63,999 nt of DNA, filler included, from Candidatus Babelota bacterium (GCA_017999075.1; 13 parts of 13 records of this genome joined end to end with filler, not necessarily neighbours in it), one strand, 5' to 3'; positions 28,956-40,214 are shown, numbered from the whole stretch's first letter. Program-made: numbers and translations. The notes: generated by a model not told the origin, from the sequence alone.

Positions 28956-29519
28956 TAGGAAAACAAGGAAAAAAGGGATATAAAAGAAAATAATCCCTTG
29001 CCTAAAAAGTTTTATTCGGCTTTTGCCGAAATCTATATACCTTAATTCATAATAAAATAAATTTATGGATTATTTGTATCGGATTTTTCAGTTGTTATTT
29101 GACATCGGGATTTTTAAAAATAATTAAATAATTCAATTCTCTCATATTTTTATAATTTACTATTACAAAATTATAATTTATATAATATTAACCATAAAAA
29201 AACACCGTTAAAATTTTAACTTTTTAAGAATTTTTAAGAAGTAAGCATTTTTTCGTGCGTTGTTAAGTTTAGTTTAAATAACTTTCCGACTAAATCTTAC
29301 CGGAGGTGGTAGATTTATGAGGGTTTTAGTTTATAAAATAAAAAAAATATGCACTGAAATATTGCATGTTTAATTTTTCTTGATTTTTTTTGATGGTTTT
29401 AAAACTTGATTTATTGATAATATTAATCAATAAATTCTAAATGTTGGGGTTTAGCAGGTTAAAATAATCAAATTTTTTCAGATTAAAATTTTCTAATCTT
29501 TTGTCGGAAAGAAAAAAAC

Positions 29520-29548
29520 TTGACATAATTTTTAGATTTTGCTATAAT
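29520..29548 (+). promoter_or_regulatory. Consensus sigma70 promoter of the porin gene
   Basis: TTGACA-17-TATAAT. Confidence 0.85.
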
Positions 29549-29753
29549 AGTTGAATTATTTTATTATTGTGAAATTAATAAAAATAAGATAACAACGAAA
29601 ATACAATACAATCGGAGGTGATGTTAATCATTTTTTTGTGTAAAATAATTTTGTTAAGTAATGACTTGACTTAACAGAATTTTATTAAAAAAATTCGACA
29701 AAAATCGAATTTTTAATTTTTATGGCTTACTCAAAGTAAGGAGGAAATTTCAA

Positions 29754-31061
29754 ATGAGAAAGTTAATATTATTTATGTTGGTTGTGTTAATCGCATTACC
29801 TGCTTATGCTGGACTTGATTTAAAAGATCTGAAACTTAACGGTCATTACAGATTAAGAGGTTATTATGTTCAAAATGATGATTCTCTTAGTACAATTAAT
29901 GATTTGAACAGGTTTTACAGACAGAGAATCTGGTTAGGAACAGAAGCAAATGTAGCTGAAAACGTATTATTCAATGTTACTTTAGAATTGGAAAAAGAAT
30001 GGGGAAAATCAAATACAACTCCAGCTTCTCCTACAGCAACTTTAGTTTCAGGATATGTTAAATTTTCAAAATTGTTTGACAAAGAATTAGCATTGACTAT
30101 CGGACGTCAGGCATATCAGTTAAACAAAAATAATTTCGTTGTTTGGGATTCAGCAAACGGTCTTGACGGTATGAGATTAAACTATGTAGCAAGTGATTGG
30201 GAAATGGATGTATTGTATCTGAAAGTTGCCGAACCAGGTAATGTATCTACCACAACTTCTACATATTTAGCTGATACTACAACTGGGGTTGTTACAAAAA
30301 CAGATGTTACTACAACTGTGTCTGGCGATCTAAATGATGTTGAATTTTACGGAGTTGTAGGAAACTACAAAGGCTTCAAAGGTCACAAACTTCAGGGATA
30401 TGTTTTATTTGACAGAAATGGAAATGCTAATAACGAATCAAATTTAAAACGTTATATCGGTATACGCGGCGAAGGAGATATCCAGGCAGTTGAAGGATTA
30501 TCTTATATTGCAGAATATATCAACCTCGGCGGAGATAATGGCGCTGTTAATGAAATTGATTACAAAGGTTCTTTAATTTATTTAAGCGGAGCTTATATGT
30601 TTAAAGATATGAAATCTTTAAAACTTGTTGCTGATTATTTGGTTGCTTCAGGCGATAATGATAATACTAACAATAAAGAAAAAGCATTTCAGTTTTCATC
30701 TTTCTCACAAAATGCTGGTACTGTAAATCTTGAAGGAAACTTCAATTTCGACAATGGAATGGACGCATACTTTTTTCAAAGAGGAACTTATTCAAATTTA
30801 AGAGCTCTTGGTATCGGTTTATCATTCAAACCTGCTGACAAATGGTTTGTAGGTACTAAATATTCTGTGTTAAAACAGGATAAAGTTGCTGCAGGCGCTG
30901 ACAAAAAACTTGGTAACAACTTTGACTTATGCGCAAAATATGATTTAGGAAAAAATTATTGCGTAACTGCTGGTTACTCAATGTTTGATCCTAAAGAAAA
31001 TTATGTAGCTAACGGCGAAAAAACTGAAGTTTTAGCAGCAGAATTCAGAATTAACTTCTAA
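29754..31061 (+). CDS. Outer-membrane beta-barrel porin (alginate-export-like)
   Basis: Signal peptide, G.YRLR, QR.WL, IGRQ, DG.RL, amphipathic strands, terminal Phe; AAGGAGG RBS. Confidence 0.8.
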   Translation: MRKLILFMLVVLIALPAYAGLDLKDLKLNGHYRLRGYYVQNDDSLSTINDLNRFYRQRIWLGTEANVAENVLFNVTLELEKEWGKSNTTPASPTATLVSGYVKFSKLFDKELALTIGRQAYQLNKNNFVVWDSANGLDGMRLNYVASDWEMDVLYLKVAEPGNVSTTTSTYLADTTTGVVTKTDVTTTVSGDLNDVEFYGVVGNYKGFKGHKLQGYVLFDRNGNANNESNLKRYIGIRGEGDIQAVEGLSYIAEYINLGGDNGAVNEIDYKGSLIYLSGAYMFKDMKSLKLVADYLVASGDNDNTNNKEKAFQFSSFSQNAGTVNLEGNFNFDNGMDAYFFQRGTYSNLRALGIGLSFKPADKWFVGTKYSVLKQDKVAAGADKKLGNNFDLCAKYDLGKNYCVTAGYSMFDPKENYVANGEKTEVLAAEFRINF

Positions 31062-31132
31062 TTCTAAAACGAGAATTTCAATTGAAACTTATAGACTTTA
31101 AAAGTTTTTTAAAGTTAATTAAGTAATTTTTT

Positions 31133-31180
31133 GGGGATTTGTTCGAGCTTGAAAAAGCCGGACAAATCCCCTTTTTTTTT
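31133..31180 (+). terminator. Intrinsic terminator
   Basis: GGGGATTTGTTCG...CGGACAAATCCCC followed by T9. Confidence 0.88.
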
Positions 31181-31403
31181 GTAATAAAATCCGTACTTCC
31201 CATATAATATACTTTGTTCAAAAAACAATTATATTGCTGAATTTTTAAAATTACCCTCTATAACAATAATAAACATAATCAATGTCCGTGTTTTATATTT
31301 ACAACGCAAATAAAAAAATATAAACAAATAAGTAAAAAAAATTAAAATAAGCAGATAGAAGTCTGAAAAATAAAAATTATTTATTAGAAATTTTAAAAAA
31401 ATC

Positions 31404-31432
31404 TTGACAAACTATTATTCTTTAAATATAAT
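31404..31432 (+). promoter_or_regulatory. Consensus sigma70 promoter of tRNA-Cys
   Basis: TTGACA-17-TATAAT. Confidence 0.85.
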
Positions 31433-31497
31433 AAGAAAGAACAAATAAAAATCCTTGATTTTTCAAGGTAATAAAAAAAATCTATAATCAAATTTCT

Positions 31498-31571
31498 GGC
31501 GACGTCGCCAAGCGGTAAGGCAGAGGTCTGCAAAATCTCCACCACCGGTTCAAATCCGGTCGTCGCCTCCA
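31498..31571 (+). tRNA. tRNA-Cys (GCA)
   Basis: GGCGACG/CGTCGCC acceptor stem, anticodon loop CTGCAAA, GGTTCAAATCC T-arm, encoded CCA. Confidence 0.98.
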
Positions 31572-32143
31572 TTCTAATTACCGGTCTAAAGCATTATTTA
31601 TCAGTATGTTTTTTAAGTATATCTTGAAAGAATAATCTGTTTTCTGTTTTCAATAATTTACTCAGTTTTACCTAGTTTTACTTGAATTTTGGTACAACAC
31701 TTTTCAATTCACTAGTTTCAGGTTTGTTCCACATACAAAACACACTCCTTAAAAATAGATTTAATAAAAACATTTTGCCTATGAGCAGACACTAGCAGAA
31801 TTACAAAAGCAGAGTAAAAACGCAGTGACTTCCAAATTTAATGTTCACCTCCAGTGTTTTGGAAATCGTAAAAGGAAAGAAAATTAGTAGCAGAAATAAA
31901 AAAAGCCGCCCAAGCTTTTTACGGCTCGAACGGCTTATTATTGATTTAATACAGGCAGACGCCGGTACCTCGTAACTTCATAAATTCCGGATATACCGCT
32001 AATAGGGATCTATGCATAAAATTTTCAAAAAAATGGTCTATTATGGAATTTTTTCTGTTTTGCAAACATTAAGATTGAAAAAAAGTAGAGTTTATGATAT
32101 AATTCAATTTTTAATGTTAGCGATTGCAAATTATTAAAATTCT

Positions 32144-32398
32144 ATGAAAATAAAAAGAATATTTATCAGCAGCGTTCAAAAGGAATTTAGCGATGAACGA
32201 ATTGCCTTGAGAGATTACATAACAGGCGATCCGTTAATGAGAAAGTTCTTTGAACCCTTTATATTCGAAGACATTCCGGCTAAAGAAAGACCTGCTGATA
32301 ATGTTTATATTGATGAAGTTAAAAACTGCGATATTTATGTTGGCCTGTTCGGCAATGAATATGGTTTTGAAGATAAATATGGAATTTCTCCGACACAT
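32144..32398 (+). CDS. DUF4062-domain protein, N-terminal fragment
   Basis: RIFISSVQKEF..ER, FIFED.PA, CDIYVGLFG.EYG; cut by linker. Confidence 0.85.
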
Positions 32399-32498
32399 NN
32401 NNNNNNNNNNNNNNNNNNNNNNNNNNNNNNNNNNNNNNNNNNTTAATTAATTAANNNNNNNNNNNNNNNNNNNNNNNNNNNNNNNNNNNNNNNNNNNN

Positions 32499-32587
32499 AT
32501 TTCACCCTGCCCCGGCAACCCTGTAGTTTCTGTGTCGAAAACTATAATTTTATTTAACGACCACTTTTTTTTTTGCTTTTCGGTCAT
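32499..32587 (-). CDS. DnaQ-like 3'-5' exonuclease, N-terminal fragment
   Basis: Hand translation MTEKQKKKWSLNKIIVFDTETTGLPGQGE (ExoI motif). Confidence 0.75.
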
Positions 32588-32675
32588 GTAATGCTCCGGT
32601 AATTTTTTGATTTAATAAAAAATTAATTTGTTGAAAAAAATGAAATAAATAAAAGTATTTTTCTCAAAATATTTT

Positions 32676-33482
32676 TCAGTTCGGTATCCCTGTAAAATCA
32701 GGAACCAGTAATTTGAGTAATTTGTTTATTTCATCCGTTGATATAGAATTTTCTTTAGAATTTTCTTTTATAAAATCAAGAGCTCCCCAGATTTTTCCAA
32801 CATAAACAAGTTTGTCATCAACGTTAAAGATTGTAACTTCGACAAATTTATTGGCAAAAATTATAACTGATTTAATTAATTCTTCCGGGATATTAATTTT
32901 ATTTATTTTTAAAAAATCTTTTAAAACTTTACAATGATACTCATTTTGCGATACAGGGTTTGAAACATAATTTTTTTCTATACCTTTATTAGGAGTATCT
33001 TTTATCTGCAAAACATCTTTATCCAATGCCGAACCCTCTATTTTGCCTTTATAATTTTTGGTTTCAATAACAAATATACCTTTTGTAGAAATAAGCAAAT
33101 GGTCAATTTGTGATTTTTGCATTCCTGTGCCTGAAATATTGCAATCGTTGAGAATATAGTAGTCATCGGATAATTTTTTTTGTAAATTATTAAGAACAAA
33201 ATTTTCTCCTTTTTTACCATATTTCATTTTATTGACATCATCGTCATTGTCTATTTTTTTAAATTTTTGACCGAATCCGACAAAAACCAAAAATGCTCCT
33301 GCTATTATCAAAGCATAATTGTCAAAATTTTTAATTGTAAAATAAAGGATTATTCCTATAACGATTAAAACTGCGCCTGTTATCATTAAAATAGGACTTA
33401 ATTTTGACAATAACCTGCTTTCTTTTTTTAATAAATCGGATTGAGTTTTAAGAGTACCTTCTTTTGTTAAAACAATTGCCAT
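32676..33482 (-). CDS. Membrane-anchored NERD-domain nuclease-like protein
   Basis: Two TM segments, G..GE, QIDHLL...GIFVIETKNYKG, NP..QN. Confidence 0.9.
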   Translation of the reverse strand: MAIVLTKEGTLKTQSDLLKKESRLLSKLSPILMITGAVLIVIGIILYFTIKNFDNYALIIAGAFLVFVGFGQKFKKIDNDDDVNKMKYGKKGENFVLNNLQKKLSDDYYILNDCNISGTGMQKSQIDHLLISTKGIFVIETKNYKGKIEGSALDKDVLQIKDTPNKGIEKNYVSNPVSQNEYHCKVLKDFLKINKINIPEELIKSVIIFANKFVEVTIFNVDDKLVYVGKIWGALDFIKENSKENSISTDEINKLLKLLVPDFTGIPN

Positions 33483-33505
33483 TTAATGCTCTCCATTAGT
33501 ATTGA

Positions 33506-34030
33506 TTAATTCGCAGATCCTGAAGCTGCAGAAGGAGTGAACACTCTTGTTCCGAGTTCATTGTCCAGCATAAATATACCGCTTCCTTTTTCTTCGCCGA
33601 GAAGTTTTAATTTTTGAACTACAGCATCTACAGATGATTCTTCCTCTACTTGCTCATTGACAAACCATTGTAAAAAACTGTTAGCAGCAAAATCTTTTTC
33701 TTCGAGTGATAATGCTACCAGGTTATTTATGCTTTCTGATATAAAATTTTCATGTTTATATGCTGCTTCAAAAGCATCTAATATAGATTTCCAATCTATC
33801 TGAGGCGCTTCAATTGCTTTTAACTCTACTTTTCCGCCGCGTTCTATTATGAAATCAAAAAATTTCATAGAATGAAGAAGTTCTTCCTGAACCTGAACGC
33901 GCATCCAATTAGCAAATCCTTTTAAATTTTTGTTTTCAAAATATGCAGCCATTGAAAGATAAAGATATGACGAAAAATATTCTTTATTCACTTGTTCATT
34001 TAAAGCTTTTTCCATTTTTTTACTAATCAT
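33506..34030 (-). CDS. ftnA: Non-heme ferritin
   Basis: LNEQ.N.E..S.YLYLSM, EE..H, FLQWFV.EQVEEE. Confidence 0.96.
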   Translation of the reverse strand: MISKKMEKALNEQVNKEYFSSYLYLSMAAYFENKNLKGFANWMRVQVQEELLHSMKFFDFIIERGGKVELKAIEAPQIDWKSILDAFEAAYKHENFISESINNLVALSLEEKDFAANSFLQWFVNEQVEEESSVDAVVQKLKLLGEEKGSGIFMLDNELGTRVFTPSAASGSAN

Positions 34031-34069
34031 AATATGTCTCCTGAATAATATTAAAATATTATAATATTT

Positions 34070-34444
34070 TTAATTTTTCCACAATCCATGAAGATTACAA
34101 TAAGAGCGTACAGTAAATTCATCTGCATTTATACAGAATTGAGCTTCAGGCGAATCTCCTGGTTTGAAAAACTTTTTGTTAATTCTGCTGCCATGAATAA
34201 CTTCTATCCATTCTATATAATGTTTTTCTTCCATAGGATGTGATACACTGCCTACTTTCACCCAAATGCCTTTTTCATTTTTTTCCACTACCGGAATATG
34301 TTTTTCTTTTGAAGCGTCAACAGTATTTTCTTTTTGTAAAGTCATAGGTTTTCCGCAGCATACAAGTGAACCTCCGCCTGTAGTTACAACTTCCACAATG
34401 TTTCCGCATAATTCACATTTATAAACTTCATTGATTTTAGCCAT
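34070..34444 (-). CDS. dfx: Desulfoferrodoxin (superoxide reductase)
   Basis: YKCELCGN...[27 protein letters not shown]. Confidence 0.96.
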   Translation of the reverse strand: MAKINEVYKCELCGNIVEVVTTGGGSLVCCGKPMTLQKENTVDASKEKHIPVVEKNEKGIWVKVGSVSHPMEEKHYIEWIEVIHGSRINKKFFKPGDSPEAQFCINADEFTVRSYCNLHGLWKN

Positions 34445-34645
34445 ACCAAACACCTCCAGGTTATTTTTTCCTATTCAATTGAACAGGAATACTGCATTAT
34501 TTTTTGCAGTGTTTTTATTAAAAAATATTTTAATGATAAGGTTTTATAGCCATACATATATATGAATTATTATTTTATAGAATATACTTTTATTTTCTGA
34601 ATTGTCAAATAAAAAATTATATTAATGATTTTAAAATTTTTGTAT

Positions 34646-35616
34646 TCAGGAACCTATAACACGTTTTTCATAAATATAAATGAATGATAAAAATAATGCT
34701 GTTATAACAGGACCGAAAATCAATCCGGTTATTCCAAATAAATAAACTCCCCCTATCAATCCAAATAAAAAAATAAGAGGATGCGGTTTAATTCCTGATG
34801 ATAATTTATTCATAATTTTTTCCCGGATTATATTTTCTAATAGACTGATTGACACACACCATATTATAAAAAAAATCATGGAATAAATTTTGTTTTGAAC
34901 AAATAAAATTATGGATGCAGGGAGCCATATAATAGAAGCTCCTGCAATAGGAAGCAAACATAATATTGACATAATAAGCGCCCATACAAAATAATGCCAG
35001 TTAAAAAAAATGAAAGGGATTGCTGTTAAGAAACCTTGAAATACAGCGGATAATAATGTTCCCACAATTGCAGATTTAGAACATTCTTTAAATTCTTTTA
35101 TTAAAAAAATTTTATCTTCATAATTCATTGGACTAAGTTTTTTTATGCGCTCAACAATATTAACACCATCTGATAGAAAATAATATAAAATTAAAAGCAT
35201 AAAAAAATAATCAATAAAAAAATCTCCTGTTTTAATTATAACAGTCAATCCGAGTTTAGAGATGTTTTTGGCAAAAGAAGATACGATTACAGAAATTTTT
35301 GTTTCTATATCATATTTTGAAATAAATTCATTTATTGACAGATGGGTTGAAAATTTTTGTTCAATTATATTCAGAAAATTTCTAAAATAATTTTGGATTT
35401 CAGTTTTATTTATAGTTGTAGACAAATCCATAAGCTCATAGGTTAATTGAGAAAAAATCATATACAACATAAAAATTGATATGAGAAAAAAAAACAGTAA
35501 TGTTAAAAAAGAAGAAATACAGTTTATTGAATCTGGCTTAAACTTGAAAAATAATTTTTTGTTTATAAATGAAAGAAAATAATCGAATTTTAGTTTTACA
35601 GGATATATTATTACTG
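34646..35616 (-). CDS. AI-2E family transporter, 5'-truncated
   Basis: YYFL.DG, LP..GA.IIW.P, HPL..LFG.IGG..LFG..GLIFGP. Confidence 0.85.
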
Positions 35617-35726
35617 NNNNNNNNNNNNNNNNNNNNNNNNNNNNNNNNNNNNNNNNNNNNTTAATTAATTAANNNNNNNNNNNNNNNNNNNNNNNNNNNN
35701 NNNNNNNNNNNNNNNNTTTTTTTTTT

Positions 35727-35792
35727 CAAGCCAGAGACGGCATACGATTTCTTGTTCGGTCTCGGTGGCTCGGAAATGGGTATAAGAGACAG
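35727..35792 (+). other. Error-rich Illumina Nextera P7 adapter / mosaic-end read-through (artefact)
   Basis: Resembles CAAGCAGAAGACGGCATACGAGAT-index-GTCTCGTGGGCTCGGAGATGTGTATAAGAGACAG, at a contig start. Confidence 0.9.
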
Positions 35793-35795
35793 ATT

Positions 35796-37205
35796 TTGTT
35801 TGGCGCGTTTAACTTATTGAAAAACGAGTCATTATCATCAGCTGATTTAGGAGTAGTTACTGAACTGTCCGGTCTTACAGAATTGAGGAATAACGATACT
35901 CTTGAATGGTCAAAACTTGAATCAGGAGACCAAATAATATCAGGAGGATTGTTCGTAACTTATAAGAAATCAAAAGTTTCTTTTAAAACTGACAGAAACC
36001 TAATCATTAAAGCCGGAGAAAACACTGTATTTCTATTGGTTATTAAAGACGGGGAATACATCTGCAAACTTATTTCAGGATTTTTGCAGATTGAAAATAT
36101 AGAAAAGAAAAAGTTTACGATATTAACCACTTTATCTACGGTATTCATATTGGATTCGGTTAAAACAGAAATTTTCGCATCAGCTAATTTAAATTTAGTC
36201 AATAATTACGATAATACTGTTTTAATAAAGGATAACGGGAAATTAATCGATTATAAATTGCTGAATAAATCATCCTGTTTAATAATGGAAAACGGCGAAA
36301 ACAAAATATTCAATTCGCCGTTGACAATAAAAAACGCTCTTGAATTAGGTATATTGAATTCTAAAAATGTTTCAATTTCAGAAAAAAAAAATATAAAGAT
36401 TGACGTTAAATTCAATGATTTGGATTTAAAACCTTCAAAAAATAATTCTTTTGAATTTAAAATTATTACAGATAAAACTAATATTGTGATCGTTAATAAT
36501 ATGACTTTAAAATCACAGACTGGAATTTTTAACGCTCAGCTTTTTTTAAATGAAGGTAAAAATAATATTTCAATAAAAGTAATATCTCCAAATTCTCTTG
36601 AAACTTTTAATTATGATTTTATAAAAATATTTGATTCTACCCCTCCGAAACTTATTGTTACAAGAATGAATCTTGACTCTAATAATAAATTAATAATAGA
36701 AGGATTAACAGAACCTGGGGCATTGGTAAAATTGGGGAATATACCTATATCTGTAAATAATGACGGGAGTTTCAGAACTGTTTTTTCAAATTTTTCTATG
36801 TTTTCCGGAAATATTTCGCCTGAAATAAAAGCAGAAGATGAAGCCGGAAATATAAACATTTACAAAAGTAATGTTTCAGAATTAAATGATATGTCGCCTC
36901 CAGTTATAGTTTCAGTTCAGATACAGCCTGCTTCAGCTAAGAAAAATGATATGATAACTGTTTTAATTTCAGCTTCGGATAATACTGCGTTATCTCCAGG
37001 ATGTTCTATTAAAGTAAAATTGCCGTCCGGAAATATACTTTTAAAAACTTTAAGATTACAAACTAAAAATCAGTATTCAGGCAATCTGTCCGGCTCTTTT
37101 TCTAATTCTGAAGGAATTTATAAAATTGAAGAAATTATTTTGAATGATATATATAATAATTCAAAAATTTATTATACTAATTATGAGTATTTAATAACAA
37201 ATTAA
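35796..37205 (+). CDS. FecR-like domain plus Ig-like domains, 5'-truncated
   Basis: W..L..GD.I..G...T...S...GENT pattern, L..G.N.I, D.TPP, G.TEPGA, A.D.AGN. Confidence 0.6.
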   Translation: MFGAFNLLKNESLSSADLGVVTELSGLTELRNNDTLEWSKLESGDQIISGGLFVTYKKSKVSFKTDRNLIIKAGENTVFLLVIKDGEYICKLISGFLQIENIEKKKFTILTTLSTVFILDSVKTEIFASANLNLVNNYDNTVLIKDNGKLIDYKLLNKSSCLIMENGENKIFNSPLTIKNALELGILNSKNVSISEKKNIKIDVKFNDLDLKPSKNNSFEFKIITDKTNIVIVNNMTLKSQTGIFNAQLFLNEGKNNISIKVISPNSLETFNYDFIKIFDSTPPKLIVTRMNLDSNNKLIIEGLTEPGALVKLGNIPISVNNDGSFRTVFSNFSMFSGNISPEIKAEDEAGNINIYKSNVSELNDMSPPVIVSVQIQPASAKKNDMITVLISASDNTALSPGCSIKVKLPSGNILLKTLRLQTKNQYSGNLSGSFSNSEGIYKIEEIILNDIYNNSKIYYTNYEYLITN

Positions 37206-37208
37206 ACT

Positions 37209-38249
37209 ATGTTGCCTGATTTATACGAATACAGCGGAGTAATACATATACATACCGAATGTTCTTTTGACACTTCTGGAGATTTGAAGTCTTTAGTTGA
37301 AGCTGCAGATAAGACTAAACCTGATTTTTGTCTGATTACAGATCATAATTCGATAGAATTTATTAAAAAATATGGGGAACATGTTATAAACGGGTGTTCA
37401 TATATATGCGGGGAAGAAATTACACCGCCAAACCTTTTGCATCATTTAATGGCTTTGAATATAAAAGATAATATAAATCCTGATAATAACCCTCAAATAA
37501 ATATTGATAACGTTAATAAGCAGAATGGAATATCCATTTTATGTCATCCTCATATTCCTGAAAAAACTTTGTTTTTGTTTAAAGATGTTTCATGGAAAAA
37601 TTGGGATGTTGAGGGTTTTACAGGAATAGAACTTTGGTCATATATGCTTGAATGGACTTCACAGATAAATTTGACTAATTTTATTTTATATATGCTGTTT
37701 CCGCATTGGGTTGTTAACGAACCTGATGAAGATTTGACTTACAAATGGGATCAAATAAATAAAACCAGAAAATGCGTATGTATAGGCGGAGTAGATGCCC
37801 ATGTAAAAAAAATTATTCCTTACGGATTTAATAAAGTTTTCAGGTATGATTTTTTATTTAATACAATACGCACAAATATTTTTACAAAGATTCCTATGAC
37901 AGATTCAATTGAAACAAATAAAAATATAATTTATGACGCTATAAGAAACGGCAACAGCTTTATAAGCAATTATGAAATCAGCGACAGCCGCGGGTTCAGA
38001 TTTTTTGCGGTATCAAATAAAACGATTTATTCTGTCGGCGATACCATAATTTATGAAAATCAGCAAATCGTATTTTCTATTGTAACTTCAGTAAAATGCG
38101 AAATCAACCTTTTCCGCAATGGAGAAATTATAGCTCGTATAATTGATACCGAACTTGATTATATGGTAAATCAGAAAGGAAACTACAGAGTAGAAACTGT
38201 TCTGGCCCGCAGAAAATGGATTATAACCAATAATATTTATGTGAAATGA
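37209..38249 (+). CDS. PHP-domain metallohydrolase
   Basis: HIHT..S.D, ITDHN, GEE, CHP, GGVDAH. Confidence 0.88.
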   Translation: MLPDLYEYSGVIHIHTECSFDTSGDLKSLVEAADKTKPDFCLITDHNSIEFIKKYGEHVINGCSYICGEEITPPNLLHHLMALNIKDNINPDNNPQINIDNVNKQNGISILCHPHIPEKTLFLFKDVSWKNWDVEGFTGIELWSYMLEWTSQINLTNFILYMLFPHWVVNEPDEDLTYKWDQINKTRKCVCIGGVDAHVKKIIPYGFNKVFRYDFLFNTIRTNIFTKIPMTDSIETNKNIIYDAIRNGNSFISNYEISDSRGFRFFAVSNKTIYSVGDTIIYENQQIVFSIVTSVKCEINLFRNGEIIARIIDTELDYMVNQKGNYRVETVLARRKWIITNNIYVK

Positions 38250-38310
38250 CACGGGGTTAAGGAAAAAGCCACTTTAATATAATGTTTTATTCATTTATTT
38301 TGTTTATTGT

Positions 38311-38832
38311 ATGCAGAAATTTATATCTATTTTTTTAATTACATTTATTTTATTTGTAAAAGCATTGTATTCAGAGCAAATTATAACTGCCGATGAACCG
38401 GAACTTTTTATCGGTTCTCCTGATAATGAATTATTTTTTGCAGGAACAAATAATATTGAGAGTTCAGGAGTTTGCGCGTTTGTTTCAAATGCTGAAGGAT
38501 TTAATAATATTTACCTTCGTAAAAAAAACGAGGGACTTGGTTTTATAACTGTAAAATTAACATCAAATCCGTATTCTGATAACAGTGATCCTGTTTTTTC
38601 ATATGATGGTACAGTTCTTGCTTTTACTACAAACCGGACTGATGCCGGAGGAAATATAGAGTTAATTAAGTTTGATACTAACTACAATATAATTTCACGT
38701 AATGAGATTATTCTCAATGAAACAATAGAATTTATGCCTGTTTTTAGTTCGGATGGAAACTTTTTATTTTTCTGCCAAAAAGATAAAAAAAGTATTTCTG
38801 TAACAGAAACTAAAATAAAAAAAATAAATCTT
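38311..38832 (+). CDS. Secreted TolB/PD40-repeat protein, fragment
   Basis: Signal peptide; PVFSYDG..LAF.TNR, PVFSSDG. Confidence 0.75.
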
Positions 38833-39035
38833 NNNNNNNNNNNNNNNNNNNNNNNNNNNNNNNNNNNNNNNNNNNNTTAATTAATTAANNNNNNNNNNNN
38901 NNNNNNNNNNNNNNNNNNNNNNNNNNNNNNNNGATATTCTGTTTATAATTTTTTTTTTCAATGCTGCAACAACAGAAATTTTCAAATCCTGAGGCATCTT
39001 TATAAAAAGATTTTCCTGATAATTATTATTTTTCA

Positions 39036-40214
39036 TTATTTCAAAGTTATAGTCAAGAGCATGATATCATCTTCAAATTCTTCAGATTCCCGTATTTCAG
39101 AAAGTTTTTTATATAATTTTAAAAAATCAAAACTGTTGTTTGTTTTTTTTTGTTCCGAAACATAATTAATAAATTTGTTCATATCAAAAAAATTTTCGTT
39201 GCCGGAATTGGAATTCAATTCTATTATTCCATCAGAATATAAGAATAACGATTCATTTTTTTTAAGTTCAATATTATTGGTAGCATAAGTTGTATCTGAA
39301 ATCCCAAGTAAAGTCTGGTTTAAATCAATAGTTTTAACATTTCCTTCTAAATCCACTATAAACGGATACGGATGTCCCGCGTTTGTATATTCAATAGTAT
39401 TATTATCTTTATCTATTACAAGGCAGCATGCCGTAGGATATACATTTATATTCAGAGCCATAAAATTTTTATTAACAAGAGTCATTATTTCTCCGCTTGA
39501 TTTTTCTTTTTGAAATGCCTGAAACGTTAATGCTTTAAATGAACTCAATAGAAGCGCAGACGGAATACCATGTCCGGGCATATCTGCAATCATAACTGCA
39601 AATTTATTTCCTGATTTAAATTTATATCCTTCTATATAATCTCCACCTATTTGAGAAGAAAATTTCCTGTTAAATTCTATTTCATAATTCCCGAATTTAC
39701 ATTCAATCTGCGGAGTTATTTTCATTTGAAGTTCCTGGGCGAGTTCAAGTTCATAATTCATTTTCTTATTAAATTCGGACAAAAGCTTATTTTGTTCAAG
39801 CAGTTTATCCAAGTACAATTTATTTTTTTTTCTAAGAACAACAACTTCAGCAACCTTGTTTATTACGTTCAGGAGGCCTTCTTTCTGAATAGGTTTTGTT
39901 ATATAATCGTAAGCTCCGAGTTTCAAACTTGACAACACGTCATCAAACTGAGCAGATGCAGAAATCATTATAAAAACAGTATCTGTCAAAATTTGTTTTA
40001 CATCTTTAAGCAAATCTATTCCGCTTAAAACAGGCATCCATATATCTGAACATACAATATCAGGTTTAGCTGAAATAATTTCTTTTTTAGCTTCAATCGG
40101 ATCATTGAATACAGTAATATCTGAGAAACCGTCTTTTGACAAAATCAATTTAACAAGAATAGTTATAGTCGGTTCATCATCGACAATAAATATTTTTAAT
40201 GTTTTATATTCCAT
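39036..40214 (-). CDS. Response regulator-SpoIIE/PP2C phosphatase (RsbU/RsbP-like)
   Basis: VDDE, D..MP..SG, KP; GGDY, AD..GHG, NAGHP, YSDGIIE, DD. Confidence 0.93.
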   Translation of the reverse strand: MEYKTLKIFIVDDEPTITILVKLILSKDGFSDITVFNDPIEAKKEIISAKPDIVCSDIWMPVLSGIDLLKDVKQILTDTVFIMISASAQFDDVLSSLKLGAYDYITKPIQKEGLLNVINKVAEVVVLRKKNKLYLDKLLEQNKLLSEFNKKMNYELELAQELQMKITPQIECKFGNYEIEFNRKFSSQIGGDYIEGYKFKSGNKFAVMIADMPGHGIPSALLLSSFKALTFQAFQKEKSSGEIMTLVNKNFMALNINVYPTACCLVIDKDNNTIEYTNAGHPYPFIVDLEGNVKTIDLNQTLLGISDTTYATNNIELKKNESLFLYSDGIIELNSNSGNENFFDMNKFINYVSEQKKTNNSFDFLKLYKKLSEIRESEEFEDDIMLLTITLK

